Below, piece after piece: positions 12,841 through 25,401 of a DNA stretch of 64,000 nt. A model generated the notes under the pieces. The model was not told the origin of the DNA and searched no databases. It worked only from the letters and a program-made list of their open reading frames with translations. Each line of letters starts with the position of its first letter. Position 1 is the stretch's first letter. Origin of the DNA: Azolla caroliniana (lineage: Eukaryota; Plantae; Polypodiophyta); the NCBI GenBank assembly GCA_043228905.1, contig JBHGNT010000014.1, positions 14,136,001 through 14,200,000 of the forward strand, written 5' to 3'. The position numbers and the translations under genes are program-made.

Positions 12841-15444
12841 ATTTTACGTGGGTGAAAATCCTCACTAATAAGGATCAAGCAATATCTATTGCCATTTGTT
12901 ACTTTCCCCCGAAAGGATCCTGGTATAATATGGCTGGAGAGACAAGTTTAGTTCATGAAGGACCGCCACATGGGCCTTCTCCATATGAACCTTTATCAGA
13001 TGACATAATCCAATATTCTTCTCAACGGGAAGTCTTCCTCGTAGGAGATTTCAAGTCAGAACCCAATCCCAACAATGCACAATATTTAAGACGGATAAAA
13101 ACCTAGAAATGGTGAATGTCGATCCTTTAGCCATAGGATCACACGTAGATCAAAAGATCAAGGTTTGGATGCCACAAGCTTTGGCCATCATCTGCTTGAA
13201 CTTGGAAGTCAATACCAGATTATCATATATAATGGTTTAGCCAAGTGGCCGCGCTCGGAAGAGCTCACATGTTTCCCACATAGAGGAGGGGAAAGCACAA
13301 TTGATTACCTAATAGGACGCCCTGAAGCTACCCACATGATTAACTCCTTCTAGGTGGCTCCATGCACTATTGGTGCAGACCATAGCTTCCTATACTTTGA
13401 GCTAAAATGTATCACCTCCAATGCCACCAACTCTAGTCAATCAAACCATCACATTGCAATACATTTCATGCATTAGCTCTCTGACATCTACTCGGGACAT
13501 GTTCAAAACCATATCTCCTCTCTTGATTCTTCCTTGCGTTTAGAGAACCTCACTACAGAACACATACATCCTTCAGTCAACAGTAATTAGTAGTTTCCCA
13601 TACACGAAACACTCCAATCAAAGTAGAGTAGGTTCTACGCCACAGAATAGGTGGTATGATGAGGATTGCACAGACTTGTATAGACAACTTTAAGTATCGT
13701 GACTTAGTGGTACTATTTCCTCAATATAGGCTCGCAAGAGATGGGCAAAATGGCACGTCGGAAAAGACAAGCTTGGGAAGCATCCAATATTAGGAACTCT
13801 ACCACATGCTCATGAGTAGGGATTGCACCCTTGCATGGAAGAGACTATGGGAACTGAGACCAAAAACACCCATTGAGGATCCCAACACTTGGCACACATT
13901 TACATAGAGACTCTACCACGTCTCGAACCAACCACTCATTCCCATGCCTTCCACACTTCAACCTACCATGGGGACACTTTTCATGACCTCTACAGTCATG
14001 AAGGTCATAAACAAATTACAACATAGGAAGTCCATGGACCACACAGGATTGAGAGTTGAACACATCATATATGCTCGAGAGTGTCTAGCTCATTTTGTCA
14101 CTCTAATCTTTAACCGTGCCCTCACCGAGGGTTTTCCACTACAATGGACCATGAGCACAGTGGCCCCTATACATAAAGGAGGGGACCCAATGGACTCAAA
14201 TACATATAGGACCATTTTGATAGGTCGTACACTCACTACATTATATGGTGGAGTAATGGAAGCAAAGCTTAGTGATTATATCGAAACCTTAAGTCTTCGA
14301 GCACCTAAGCAGGTTGGCTTTAGACGAGCCTTCTCCACTATTGACCATATCTTCACACTTAGATTCTTAATTAACTAGACGAAGGATCGCAAGAAGAAAC
14401 TATATTGTTGTTTATGGACTTCCGCAAAGCCTTCGACATAGTTACTAGGGAGCGGTTGTTTGATAAGCTTAAAAGCCTGGAGATACGTAATGAGATGCTC
14501 TAGGCCATCTACGCTCTATATGAGCAAGTCTCTGGGTGCATAAGAAGCCCATGCGGCTTATCTGATTGCTTCACCAACACCATTGGTGTAAAACAAGGTT
14601 GCCCCCTATCATTGACTCTTTTTGGGATCTACATCAATGAGGTCATTGATTTTATTGCTCGTAAGGGAGGAAACAGAGTAGTCATTGGGGGTACGCAAGT
14701 TAGTCTCTTACTCTATGTAAACGACATAATTTTGCTTTCAGAGTCTGAACATGACTTACAAAAGCACCTTAATGCCCTAAATGACTTTTGCACATAACGA
14801 GGATTGGTAGTGAATCTAGCAAAAATGAAATTCCTTATCTTTCATACATCGTCTCGAGTTAGGAGTAAATGTCACGTAATCCTCTCTCATAAAACACATG
14901 AAGTATTTGGATCATATCTATATCTAGGAGTCACTTTTAGTGCTCGCTTGACCCAGGAAACCAAAGATAGGCTAATGAGAGGGTATGCATCCCTCTCACT
15001 CTTAGAGAGACAATGCCACTAGGCATACTTTCAAGAGCCACAGACTAAGGGATGGCTCTTCGACTCATTAGTGACCCCTTCCGTCATGTATGCATCAATA
15101 TTTTGGGCTCCAAGTCTACCATCTTTCATGTGGACGCAATTAGAGAGACCTTTGGTGGGATGTTATCACATTAACTCCGAAGCAAATCCACATCACCACA
15201 TGACATTAACAGAGCAAAGTTGAGTTTGCCCCCTACGTTAGTAGAAACACTTTTCGAACTCGTAGTTTTTATTCATAGGATACATAGCCAACCACAAGAT
15301 AGGATATCTCATCAAGCTTTTGAAGCATCCCGATCCTTATATGTGTCCGGAGATACTAGCTCTTGGTATAGCACTGTAGTGAGTTGGTTACTTGCAAATG
15401 GCATAGACATTAATAACCTACCGCCCCTTAAGTACAACCATGGG
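12841..15444 (+). mobile_element. Degenerate LINE ORF2 (APE-RT), 5'-truncated and cut by the Gypsy insertion at 15445
   Basis: VGDF, TIDYL, PIHKGGD, QVGFR..FSTIDHIF, DFRKAFD, GVKQGCPLS, LLYVND (decayed YADD), YLYLG; same family as 3500-5640. Confidence 0.88.
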
Positions 15445-15948
15445 TGTTGCTTTCCTCTCCCGAGGCAACACCTTCGATTCCTAACCGGAATCGGACCAAA
15501 GGACTGTGGTACGTGGTGGTTAGATCGCTTTTACGAACGGGATGACACCCTATAGATTATATAAGAGTAAACCTTGGCTTCTACATACACGATAGGGAGA
15601 AATAGGTTACTTAACAACTATTAAAAGCGAACAATGACACACAATAGACCCAACACTATTTAGATTACGGAATGAGTAATGATTACAGTTACACGGCAAT
15701 CTGCCGAAATGTATCAGATACACTGTAGTATGATTAATTATGTAATAACCTCATAATCCTCTCCTATATCTCGCTTTTTCTTCCATCTGTTGCTTCCTTA
15801 TATAGATGTTCCTTGGCGTGCTCCTTCTCCTTCCACGTTTTCGGTTGTGTTTATTTTGGTTGCTTTTGATTGCTTTCGGTTGTTTACCTATTGCTAACTA
15901 ATTCCTATTATGATTCTCGTATGTTACTATTTTGGCACATGGACAACA
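15445..15948 (-). repeat. 3' LTR of the large Gypsy
   Basis: TGTTGC...GGACAACA; colinear with 60121-60621. Confidence 0.85.
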
Positions 15949-16399
15949 CCTGGCACGCTCGTGGGACAGTGCCTTGGCATGTCGAACCCATCAAATCGAA
16001 ATTTCCCATTCGTAAAAACGTTGTTGAAATTAATTCAGTATATATTACAATTAATCCTCGGTCAAAATGTGGAGGATTCAATCTGTTTGGTTTGCTTTGG
16101 CTATCATGCCCTTTGGAATGGTCGTGGGGTCGGGTTGTGGTGCGTTGGTGTTGTCGGTTGAAATGTCTATTGCAAGCTCCTTTTCGTCGTTGCTCTGGAA
16201 TATCGGGGAGGTTGGTGTATGGTTGTTTGGCTTCATCGATCGTTCGTCGAGTTCAGTAGGTTGTTCCGGCTCATTATCGTTCAAGGCTTGCTCTGTTTCG
16301 ATCATCAACATCATTTGATTGTCATAGAATTCCTCAAGGAGGGTGTCGATAGCTTGGGTGTGGGCATAGTTTCGGTAAGGTCTTCTCAAATAATTTGTA

Positions 16400-18420
16400 T
16401 GTTGTTGTCGTCCATCTTGTAGAAGCCTTTTCCTTCTTTCCTTCGGTTTTCAGCATTCGCCCATAGAACTTGCAATTCGGCTACTTTAGCCGACCATTGC
16501 TTCCAACCTACAGCTAGTGTTTCATCGACCTTTCTGTTTAATATCTATCGTTGCTTCATGACTAATGAATTGATGCATTCCTCCCATGTGTTGTTCATTA
16601 TTTGAATAGCCAACGTCTCGTGCTTGGCTTTCTCTATGTGGAGCCGTAATTTAGTCGTAAGAAGTTCGCAGGATATATTGAGTAACTTGAGCCTTGCCGC
16701 CACTTCCTCGGTTACTCTATGGATTTGTTGGCTGAACTGTGTTCGAGCCTCCTCCAATTCTTTTATGCACTTTGCTTGCCTCTGTTCGCGTTCGTGGGTA
16801 CTATCCATTTGGTATTTGTGGAGCTCGTAAAAAAACCAGATGCGCTCGTTTTCAGCGCCTTCGTATTTTTGTGAAAATTGTCTCGACCGTACCTGCATTT
16901 CCACAAGTTCTTTGTTCAGTGATGCGATTTGCGCGGCCGCAATGTTCTGTATGGACGTAATAGAGTCGGCCGCTTTTTTTTCGGTCTCCTTGTAGCGCCT
17001 TTGTAAGTTCAGCTTTCTTGTGCACGACTTGCTCCTTGCTTTTGACGGCCTTTGCTTGTGCATGCTCAAAGCATCCTTTCGCTTTGTGCTAGGTGATCTC
17101 CTCTTCGTACTGGCGAATGGTTTTGCCAATATCTTCGTCGGTTTGCACGGCCGTAGTCACTAGAGCGATAAGGCGAGGCGGCATGGTTTGATCGGCCGTG
17201 TTGGTCCGTTTGCACACATCGGGCTGGTCCGTCTGTGGCCTATTTGCGTCTGACTTTCCATAGTTTCGGCTCATTATCTAAAGTCGGCTCATTGTCTATT
17301 GCCCTCTCTATGACCTGCTGTTCAGCGTGTTCCTAGGCCATGCGGGCCGCGACAACTACTTGAAGACGAGCCAAAAGGTCAATGAGCTCGTATGATGTGC
17401 CGTGTTGCAAAATTGCTCCGAACTCGAATACCTCGCCTGGCAGATTGCGGAAGGTTAAGACTTCATCCCTCGAAAATCGTGATTGTTGGCCTTGCTCAAA
17501 AGGTCTTTTGGGATCCAACGTGGTGGTTGTCACGATCGTGATAGCTTCCTTCGGGATGGTGACCAATTGTTTGTTGGCATCGCTCGTTCCATCTTTACTC
17601 TGCGTGGTGCTGCTAGTGTTGGTGCGGCGGCGTTTTGCTGTTGGATCAAGTTCAGGTGAAGCTTGTTTTGTGCACTCCTGTTATCGTTCGGTCTCCATTA
17701 ACTATGGGGCCTCTAGAATAGACTTTGGTTGTTCGACTTGTTTAGCTGGTTTCGAGGGTGGTGTCGGGCGGGGTGAGGGTATTACCCGTGCCAACTTATC
17801 ACGATTGCGTATAGTGATGTTATCCCCATCTTCGGTCCTTTGCTCGTCTTGGGTTGTGGAGAGGGCTTGGGTATCGTCATCTTACCATTCTTCATGCAAC
17901 AACTCCAACGTTCATTGTCGTTTAGCCCTGGGGGGTGGACCAGGGACTGCCAATGTCTGTCATGGCGGTTGTGCTTGGGGAGGGTACAACATAGCAGTGT
18001 ATGGTGGTAGCACGGGTAAAAATCATTTCCCCGATTCAAAAGAAGCAATGGCCGCTCCTACACCTTCCCCGGTGATGATCCGAGACGAAATGGGCTAGGT
18101 TCCCAAAGAATTAATTTAGACATCCATGTGTGCAATGAGCTTTTCCCGAGAGTGAATACTCTCCAAAATGTTGTTCCGAAGATGTGTTAAGGTGGTACGT
18201 CGATATCATGCTCACCTCTCCTCTGCAAATGAAGTTTTGCTCGAATCATGTTGTTGGATATAGTGTTAGGGTGGATCCTTATGGCGATGGCATGAGCTTC
18301 TTGGTGGGTAGGTGCATCCAATACGTTGAGATATCCTGAGAGGCCATTTCTGGACATCCAAGTGTGGAGTTCTTTAGAGACTTTGAGCGGCATGGTGAGG
18401 GCTGGAGACTCAGGTAAATA
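16400..18420 (-). pseudogene. Accessory coiled-coil ORF region between integrase and the 3' LTR, frameshifted
   Basis: Minus-strand ORF pieces 18187-18393, 17333-17566, 17089-17274 and 16545-17129; a second copy lies at 63040-64000. Confidence 0.55.
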
Positions 18421-20108
18421 GGGAGAAGGTTGTGGAGATAGAGAACAAGAGAAAGCTTGGTTAGTGAGGCTTCTACGCAGAAGGAGTGAAAGCTTGAGAC
18501 TTCTTGCAAGTGTGGTGGCTCTGGCTATTGGTGATGTTTTTGTGTGGGTGCCTCGGTTCTCAAGACCTACCCTTGTGCCCTAGATTCACAATCTGGCCTA
18601 CCATGCTGAGAGTTAAGGGCCACGCGTCATGTGATCAGTTTGTATTTGCTTTTCTTGAACATCGTTTGCCATGTAATCGACGCGTGATGCCATCGTGAGC
18701 CAAACTGGTAATTCGTTGTTCTACAAGTTCGAACAATTGGACCAGACGCTGATGTTCGGACTTTGATTCCGGTAATCATGTGACTATTCGTATTGTAAGC
18801 TAGGTACCTGGAATTCAATGGGCATTATGGCTTCTAATCCAAAAGTTAGCCAAAAAGGCATTGAGCCGATACTAGTTTTAAAGGTCATGCGAGAAGCCCA
18901 TAAAGCACTGTATAATTTATCGTCCCAATCCGTGCGATTCTCATTCACGATTTTCTTAAGAATGGTCTGAAGGGTTTTATTTGTGGATTCGTCAAGACCA
19001 TTAGCTTGGGGGATAGTATGGGGTGCTTTTCTTGTGTACGACGGCGTAGTGGGAAGTTAATTCGCGTATGATTCGAATTACGAAGTGTCGTCCTTGATCA
19101 CTTACTACCTCGATTGGATAACCGAAATGGCACCATAAATTTTCGGAAATGAGTTTTGTGGTTGATGTTGCCGTGTTATCTCGAAGCCCTTTTGCTTTGA
19201 CCCATTTTGTACAGTAATCGGTTGCTACTAGTATATATTTGTTTCCGATGCATGTGGCGGGGGGTTTAAAAGGGCCTACGAAAAGCCCCATTTTTGGAAT
19301 GGTTCCAAGGGAAGGATCGACTGGTGAGTCATGCGGTCGCGCTCATTTGGTTGTCCCATTCATTGACAGAGATCACATTGTTTAAAAAAACGTGAGCATC
19401 GTTTTTCGTGATTGGCCACTAGAGCCCACTCTACCAGATTTTTCTGGTTGTGGCGTCGCTTGCATAATGACCGCCTGCGATTCCGTGGTGAACTTCCCAA
19501 AGTACCGCGTCTTTCTCGAATTGTCGAAGCGTGCGCCTCCAAATGCCATCCGTGGCTTTGTGATAAAGCGTATTCGTGAATAGACAGAAATTACAACTTT
19601 AGACTGCTAACCGTTTCCGAGCGTCAAGTGTGAGGTGGTCCGGGGGAAGTCCCGTATTTAGGAATTGGGTCATTTCGGTGATCCAAGCGTCATTAGGATC
19701 AGCCTCGATGGGTGATGTGTCGATAAAGAATACGACGGCATCCGATAAGTCAACGTATTCCTAGTTCGACGGTTCTCCCGTTTCCAAGAAGCTAAGGTAG
19801 TTGGCAGTCACGTGTTGATCTCATGGTCGGTGTTGAATCTTGAAATCGAACTCCTGAAGGAGCCACATCCATCATGCTCATCAACCAGTAAGAGGTTGCT
19901 TATTTACAAGGTAAAGTAGTGCCGAATGATCTACGTGGAACGTGAATTTACGGTCAAGTAGATAATGCCGAAATTTCGTAACGCTATATATCATGCCGAG
20001 TGCTTCTCGTTTCGTGGTTGAGTAATTACTTTCTGTTGTTGAGAGTTGGCGTCTAGCATAGTACACTGGGTGGTACGAATGTAGTGGGGTTTTCTACATT
20101 AAAGCACT

Positions 20109-20141
20109 AACACCGGGTCATTTGAAACAGGTAATATGTCG
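20109..20141 (+). repeat. Left terminal inverted repeat
   Basis: Exact reverse complement of 31173-31205. Confidence 0.95.
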
Positions 20142-20435
20142 CATTATGAGAACACTACGTCGAAAAAGGGCACAAAAGCACGCAGTTTTCAAAAAGACAC
20201 GACACATGCGTAAAGCTTTTCAGAAAAGGTGGCAAAATATATTGAATTTCAACATGACTACCACTTTGAGTCATAAGTAAAATGCCTCCAAAAATACATC
20301 ACCAAAATTACAAAATAATGTACAACATGTCTACCAGTTACAATTATACATATTCGTGAGTTTACATCCAAAACAAATTTACAAAGTTTCCGATCATGTA
20401 GTAAAACAATCCCCAGCTTGAACCAAACCAATATA

Positions 20436-23108
20436 TTAAGACATGTTTGATGGACTAGAAGAGCCTTCTGACGTCTCATCCTCATCATCAGTGGCAATCA
20501 AAGCATTATCCTCATCCAATTCCAACCCAACATCTTTGTGGTTATGAGAATTGCTTCTGGTTATTCTCTGTATTTCGTTTGACACCATGTTTGGGATTTT
20601 CTCCTTTATTATCTTGATAGTTGCTTGTCTTAGATGACCTGATTTTGTCAATGAGAAGTCATATACTAGTATGTCAACACGGTCTAGTGCGAGAGTAGCC
20701 ATGCTCGGTATATTCTTTCTTCTTCTCTTTCTGCTTGAACATCCGACATCCTTAACCATCTCTAAAGAATACTTTCCTGTAAATGCATCCGTTGAATTTG
20801 TCTGATACCAATGGACTACTATTGTCTTTGTCTGACTACTTTCTTCATCCCTTACTAATTCAATAATTTTTGCAATCCAAAATGGATGGCCCAAGGTATC
20901 GTCCCCTGCTAATGTTGCAACCAACATTCCCACTTGTAGTTCTTGCAAATTACCTTGCCATCTTGCCTCAACAGTACGTGACTTTCTTGGTCCCACATAA
21001 ATATCTCTTTGCAGTGGCCGAACTAAATCATGAAGCTCCATATTATTCGATTGTTGGTGATGAGTCTGCGATATCGTTGATGTCATCCCAATGTTCCATG
21101 TGAATGGGATACGGATTGGCCATAAACCAGTGATGTAATTATCTAAAATGGTGCGTTGATGGGTGAAGAAAATCTCCCACCATTCAACATCCTCATCACC
21201 GGCATACTTCTTAGTCCGATCAATATTATTTTGTTTCTCTGCTAGACATCTCAACCAGTATGCCCTTTGTTCATCAATAGTACCATTTGGTGCTACATTT
21301 TTACGGTCATCATATGGCATTTGTTGTGCACCATGTAGAGGTTCATCTGGGATATGAAGAAGGAGCCTACAACCTTCTTGGGGCTCCCATTGTGCACTAG
21401 ATGAGTATTGTTTCGCAAACAACACCGTCATCTTCAGGTGGGCCGATCTTTGTTTTATGAGGAAGACATGGTTGAAACTTATATTATTAAGAGGTCCAAG
21501 CACCCTACCTTTAGTCCCGTCACTATCCATGCAGAAACGTTTAAAGTCGTATACTTCTTCCAAGTGTTGTACTTCAGGCTTTGGTGTATATGCTTCACTA
21601 ATCAATTTGGATAGCGTGGGAAGTGTGAAAGCATTACAGCGAGCAAGTTTCTTTGAGAACCTACTGAACATTTGATCTATGTGATCATGGGTATGACCAA
21701 CCAACAAGAAGTTAACCTTTATCTTTTTAAATATGCCCCTCTCTACTAGCATGCTTAGATAGCCGAAGACAGTTGAGTTCTTATTCTCTCTTGTTGTGTT
21801 ATCTAGTTGCACATATAGAACTGGCAGGAGTATACCTGAACATGATTGCAATACCCTGTGCATGACAGTGACAGTAAGATTAGGGTCGTTGTGGATATTG
21901 GGATAAGTTAAGAACACTTGCGGTCTTATAGTTTGATAGTATGTCAAACAACCCACTAGATGCATTTGCACGAGACACTCATCTCCAATATCCTTGGGGA
22001 GTCTTTGAAAATGCGGCAAACAAGTTTTCTTTTGATCCATGCCGTCAATAATCATGCACATATACTTTTCGGGAGATTGAAATGCTTTTTGTCGGTGATG
22101 CATAGCCTTAGTACATTCCAATGCCTGACTTTCACGATGTTCTTTTAACAGGTTCTTGTAATTCTTGATCTCTACATCTGATTTTCCACCCTTGGCCATA
22201 CTTTTTAAACTCGCACATATTGAGCAGACTCCCATTCGCACCTTTCGTGGGATAACCACGTTATTAAATTGTAACCTCCATAGTCGATTAAAATGCCTGT
22301 ACTGTATGTAAGGCTCAACATCAGAAGACATGTCGTCCTTGTACGATTGGTAAACTTCCCTTCGAGTAAAGTTATCTGACAAATGAAGTCTTCCTGTCGT
22401 TGGCATAACTTCACACTGTTTTGAAAAATATACCTCCATCCACCTAATTGCCTGTTGCCCAATTTGACCCTTACATCTAGAACCATTTTGATCGAACTGT
22501 ACCCAGGAGCCCTTCACAAGTCGCTCTTGAACTCGTTGCATCCGCATATTTCCAATGCTATGAGTGATTTTAAAAGCTGCTCGACAACACTTGGTATATA
22601 GTCCAAGGAAATATTCAACTTGCGTTGAATTAGGCCCTGCTTTGTGATCCAATTTAAGTTGCATATGCGCAATAAGAAATGTATCTTGCTCTTCCCCATT
22701 AAGCGACAAGTATTTTTGTCGTGTTTCACGTAACCTTGACTTTCCATAAGTTGATAGACAAAGATTCACACAACACGATTTGTTCAAGTCGCATAGAAGT
22801 TGACGATCAGAACATAAGAAATTAAATCTCTTTTCACTAACTTGTCGAGGAACTCTTTTAAATGCTAGAGGTTTAGTAATGCTATTGTTATCTATCGACG
22901 AAGAATCGTCCGCTTGTAGGCTTGCATGAAGAGGGCCATCAACAGGATCAATTGAAAACAGAGAATTCGAAGTACTAGGAGCCAGACTTTTCTGTTTAAG
23001 CCGCGAATGTTTTTTGTGGTCGTACTCTTCTATTGAGAAATACGAGTTATCTATGAATGAAAAGGGGGCAATAGAAAAAAGAGATGTTCTACTTGTAGAA
23101 GAAGACAT
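20436..23108 (-). CDS. DDD/E transposase (Sola1-like), 890 aa, intronless and intact
   Basis: Motifs CCRAAF, CSIC, IIDGMDQKK, QLDNTTRENKN and FLLVGHTHDHIDQMFS; lies inside the TIRs; a 4-bp TSD fits Sola. Superfamily assigned from motif recall only. Confidence 0.85.
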   Translation of the reverse strand: MSSSTSRTSLFSIAPFSFIDNSYFSIEEYDHKKHSRLKQKSLAPSTSNSLFSIDPVDGPLHASLQADDSSSIDNNSITKPLAFKRVPRQVSEKRFNFLCSDRQLLCDLNKSCCVNLCLSTYGKSRLRETRQKYLSLNGEEQDTFLIAHMQLKLDHKAGPNSTQVEYFLGLYTKCCRAAFKITHSIGNMRMQRVQERLVKGSWVQFDQNGSRCKGQIGQQAIRWMEVYFSKQCEVMPTTGRLHLSDNFTRREVYQSYKDDMSSDVEPYIQYRHFNRLWRLQFNNVVIPRKVRMGVCSICASLKSMAKGGKSDVEIKNYKNLLKEHRESQALECTKAMHHRQKAFQSPEKYMCMIIDGMDQKKTCLPHFQRLPKDIGDECLVQMHLVGCLTYYQTIRPQVFLTYPNIHNDPNLTVTVMHRVLQSCSGILLPVLYVQLDNTTRENKNSTVFGYLSMLVERGIFKKIKVNFLLVGHTHDHIDQMFSRFSKKLARCNAFTLPTLSKLISEAYTPKPEVQHLEEVYDFKRFCMDSDGTKGRVLGPLNNISFNHVFLIKQRSAHLKMTVLFAKQYSSSAQWEPQEGCRLLLHIPDEPLHGAQQMPYDDRKNVAPNGTIDEQRAYWLRCLAEKQNNIDRTKKYAGDEDVEWWEIFFTHQRTILDNYITGLWPIRIPFTWNIGMTSTISQTHHQQSNNMELHDLVRPLQRDIYVGPRKSRTVEARWQGNLQELQVGMLVATLAGDDTLGHPFWIAKIIELVRDEESSQTKTIVVHWYQTNSTDAFTGKYSLEMVKDVGCSSRKRRRKNIPSMATLALDRVDILVYDFSLTKSGHLRQATIKIIKEKIPNMVSNEIQRITRSNSHNHKDVGLELDEDNALIATDDEDETSEGSSSPSNMS

Positions 23109-24558
23109 TTGAGGGAGTCTAACTGTATTCTAAATCCTTCTTTCATGAAAATTAAGGAATGCTAAAGCCTAACTATATAACTACCCGAACACTTAGATTA
23201 ACTATATTATTTTCCGAAATTTTCCTAAAAAACAAATAATTAAAAATTATTTTTTATTTTAAAAAGAATGCTAAAGTCTTCTATATAAGGAGGTTAGAAA
23301 TTTCATTTTCATTATCACGTGAAAGAATCCATCGAGCTCAGAGCACAGGCCAATTTTCGAGCACTCAGAAGCACATCTTGGATAGCACTACCTCCGGCAC
23401 GAACCATGAACAAGGGAAAGAAAATCGTCAGGTTAGTAATATTCATTACATTTTTTAAGATTCCTAAAGATTCCTTAAATATTCCTTTCCTCAACACATA
23501 GAAATTTTATTTTATTTTGTACAACGAACTTGGAAAGCAATTCTGAAAGCCAGGACCTTCAACCGAAATCCGGTGCAGTGCATCGGATTTCGGTTAAAAG
23601 GTCCTGCCTTCAACCAAATTCCGATGCATTGCATCGGATTTTGGTTGAAAAATATGTTGTTTTTGCGATAAAAAACTATCGCATGGGACCATAAAATTGA
23701 CGTAATTTATATGATAATTTGCGTGATTTAGATGAAATTGTACGTTGTTTCTATGTTTTCACCAACGTTTTTAATTTCAGTGAACCCAGACAAAAAGTTC
23801 CTTCATTTAGATTGAAGATTCGATCTCCGACAAAACGAGATTCTGGCTCCTTCATGAAGGACACGAGTAAAAAGAATTTATTTGACTCAACGGGGGAAGG
23901 AGGATCCAAGTCATCTGTGGCTACTACCAAAATCAACAAAGGTAGTACGCAAGAGGAGAAAACGGTTGACGTGAAATATAAGGATTACCCCGAACTTGAA
24001 TGGTGTCTCTCTTATGTCGAGGAGGATGGGGTGTTGTTATTGATAACGGCAAAATCGGACGGGGAAGGGAAACTTCAGCTTGGAAAAACATTTAATTACG
24101 GGCATGTAACCAAGCTAGAGTACGAAGACATTGATTCTACATGTATTTTAATCGACGTCTCGAGCTCAGTTGGCAACAGGCGATTGCGACTTGATGAGGG
24201 AAACCTAGTACCCGAATCTTGCAATCCCAAGGCTTTGCGTAAAGACCTGCAAACGAAAAATAACTTGTTGGTAGCTCTTCGGCCGTACGTGACAGGAGAG
24301 ATGATGACCGGTGAAGCAGAAACTCCACCAAAAAAGTCTAGGAAGACAAATCCTGTTCAAAAGAAATATACTAAATGACCACGACCCGAAGAAGAAGAAG
24401 AAGAAATATTAGAGTTCGTGGAAGAAGAAGACGACCAACAAGTCGACGTCGTGGCTCCAGGCGGACAACTATCTTCTGGTGTCCTGACGTCAGAACAAAA
24501 TAAAATAAGAGAAAATATTGTGAAGACTAAACTTGTGCGCAGGGGCTAGCTATTTCAT

Positions 24559-25401
24559 TTGCCCATTACTTCTATCCAAAGGCCCCCCATTGACCCCGTG
24601 ACTGGAAGACGTCCCTTGGAAATTAGGGAGCCGCACTCCGTCCATGTCCAAAACCTGAAAAGCAAAATGAAAATCAATCCTCACGCTACTGTGGTGCCAT
24701 TTTTGGTAATGGTTGATCAAGAACAATGCCCAACAGTAGCAGATTTCAAGTATAGCTCTGCAGACGATTACACATACTATGTAATCGGAGGATCACATTC
24801 GGCCGAAGCTCGACGACAGCTTGTCAAAGAATATCCTCTCACGCCGTTCTTCAAATATGCCGAATGTAAGGTATATGCAGGACTAACTCACGACGAGGCG
24901 AAGCTGCTCGCATGGGACCATAACAATGACAACGATTATAGGCAAAAGATGTCATGTATAGAGAGGATAAGATTTTTTCATCATGAATACCTCGATGCCT
25001 TGAATCGTTTTGGTCCAAGATTGTGGCCTGGATTGCGACACCAGTGTTTATTGGAAGTAGGGATTGCAGTGGATGAGAGTACGAAATCCGAAGGTCTCCG
25101 AAAATATGATTCTTGGTTTCAACTAGCTTTTCGGACCAGAGAGGTATGGGATCTCCAAGACAAAATATTCTCTATGTGGGAGCGGAAAGAAGTCAAGGGG
25201 CAAAGATCAAAAAAGGGAAGAATTGATCCACAAGTTGAGATGAAATCAAAGACCAAGGGAAAAAGCGACTTGGTAATCGAGGAGTTACCAGAGGACATGA
25301 AACTTTTACCTTGGAGATCATTACAAGGTATCAAAGATGATAGATTGTTAATATTCGTGCTATCTCGAGTGGTCGCCAAGGAATTTAGTTTGGACGAGAT
25401 G
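24559..25401 (+). CDS. ParB/sulfiredoxin-like domain segment of the cargo gene (exon 2)
   Basis: LPITSI...IRE...HVQNLKSKM...PFLVMV...YYVIGGSHSAEARRQL...CKVY..LTHDEAKLLAWDHN matches the ParB N-terminal layout. Confidence 0.65.
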
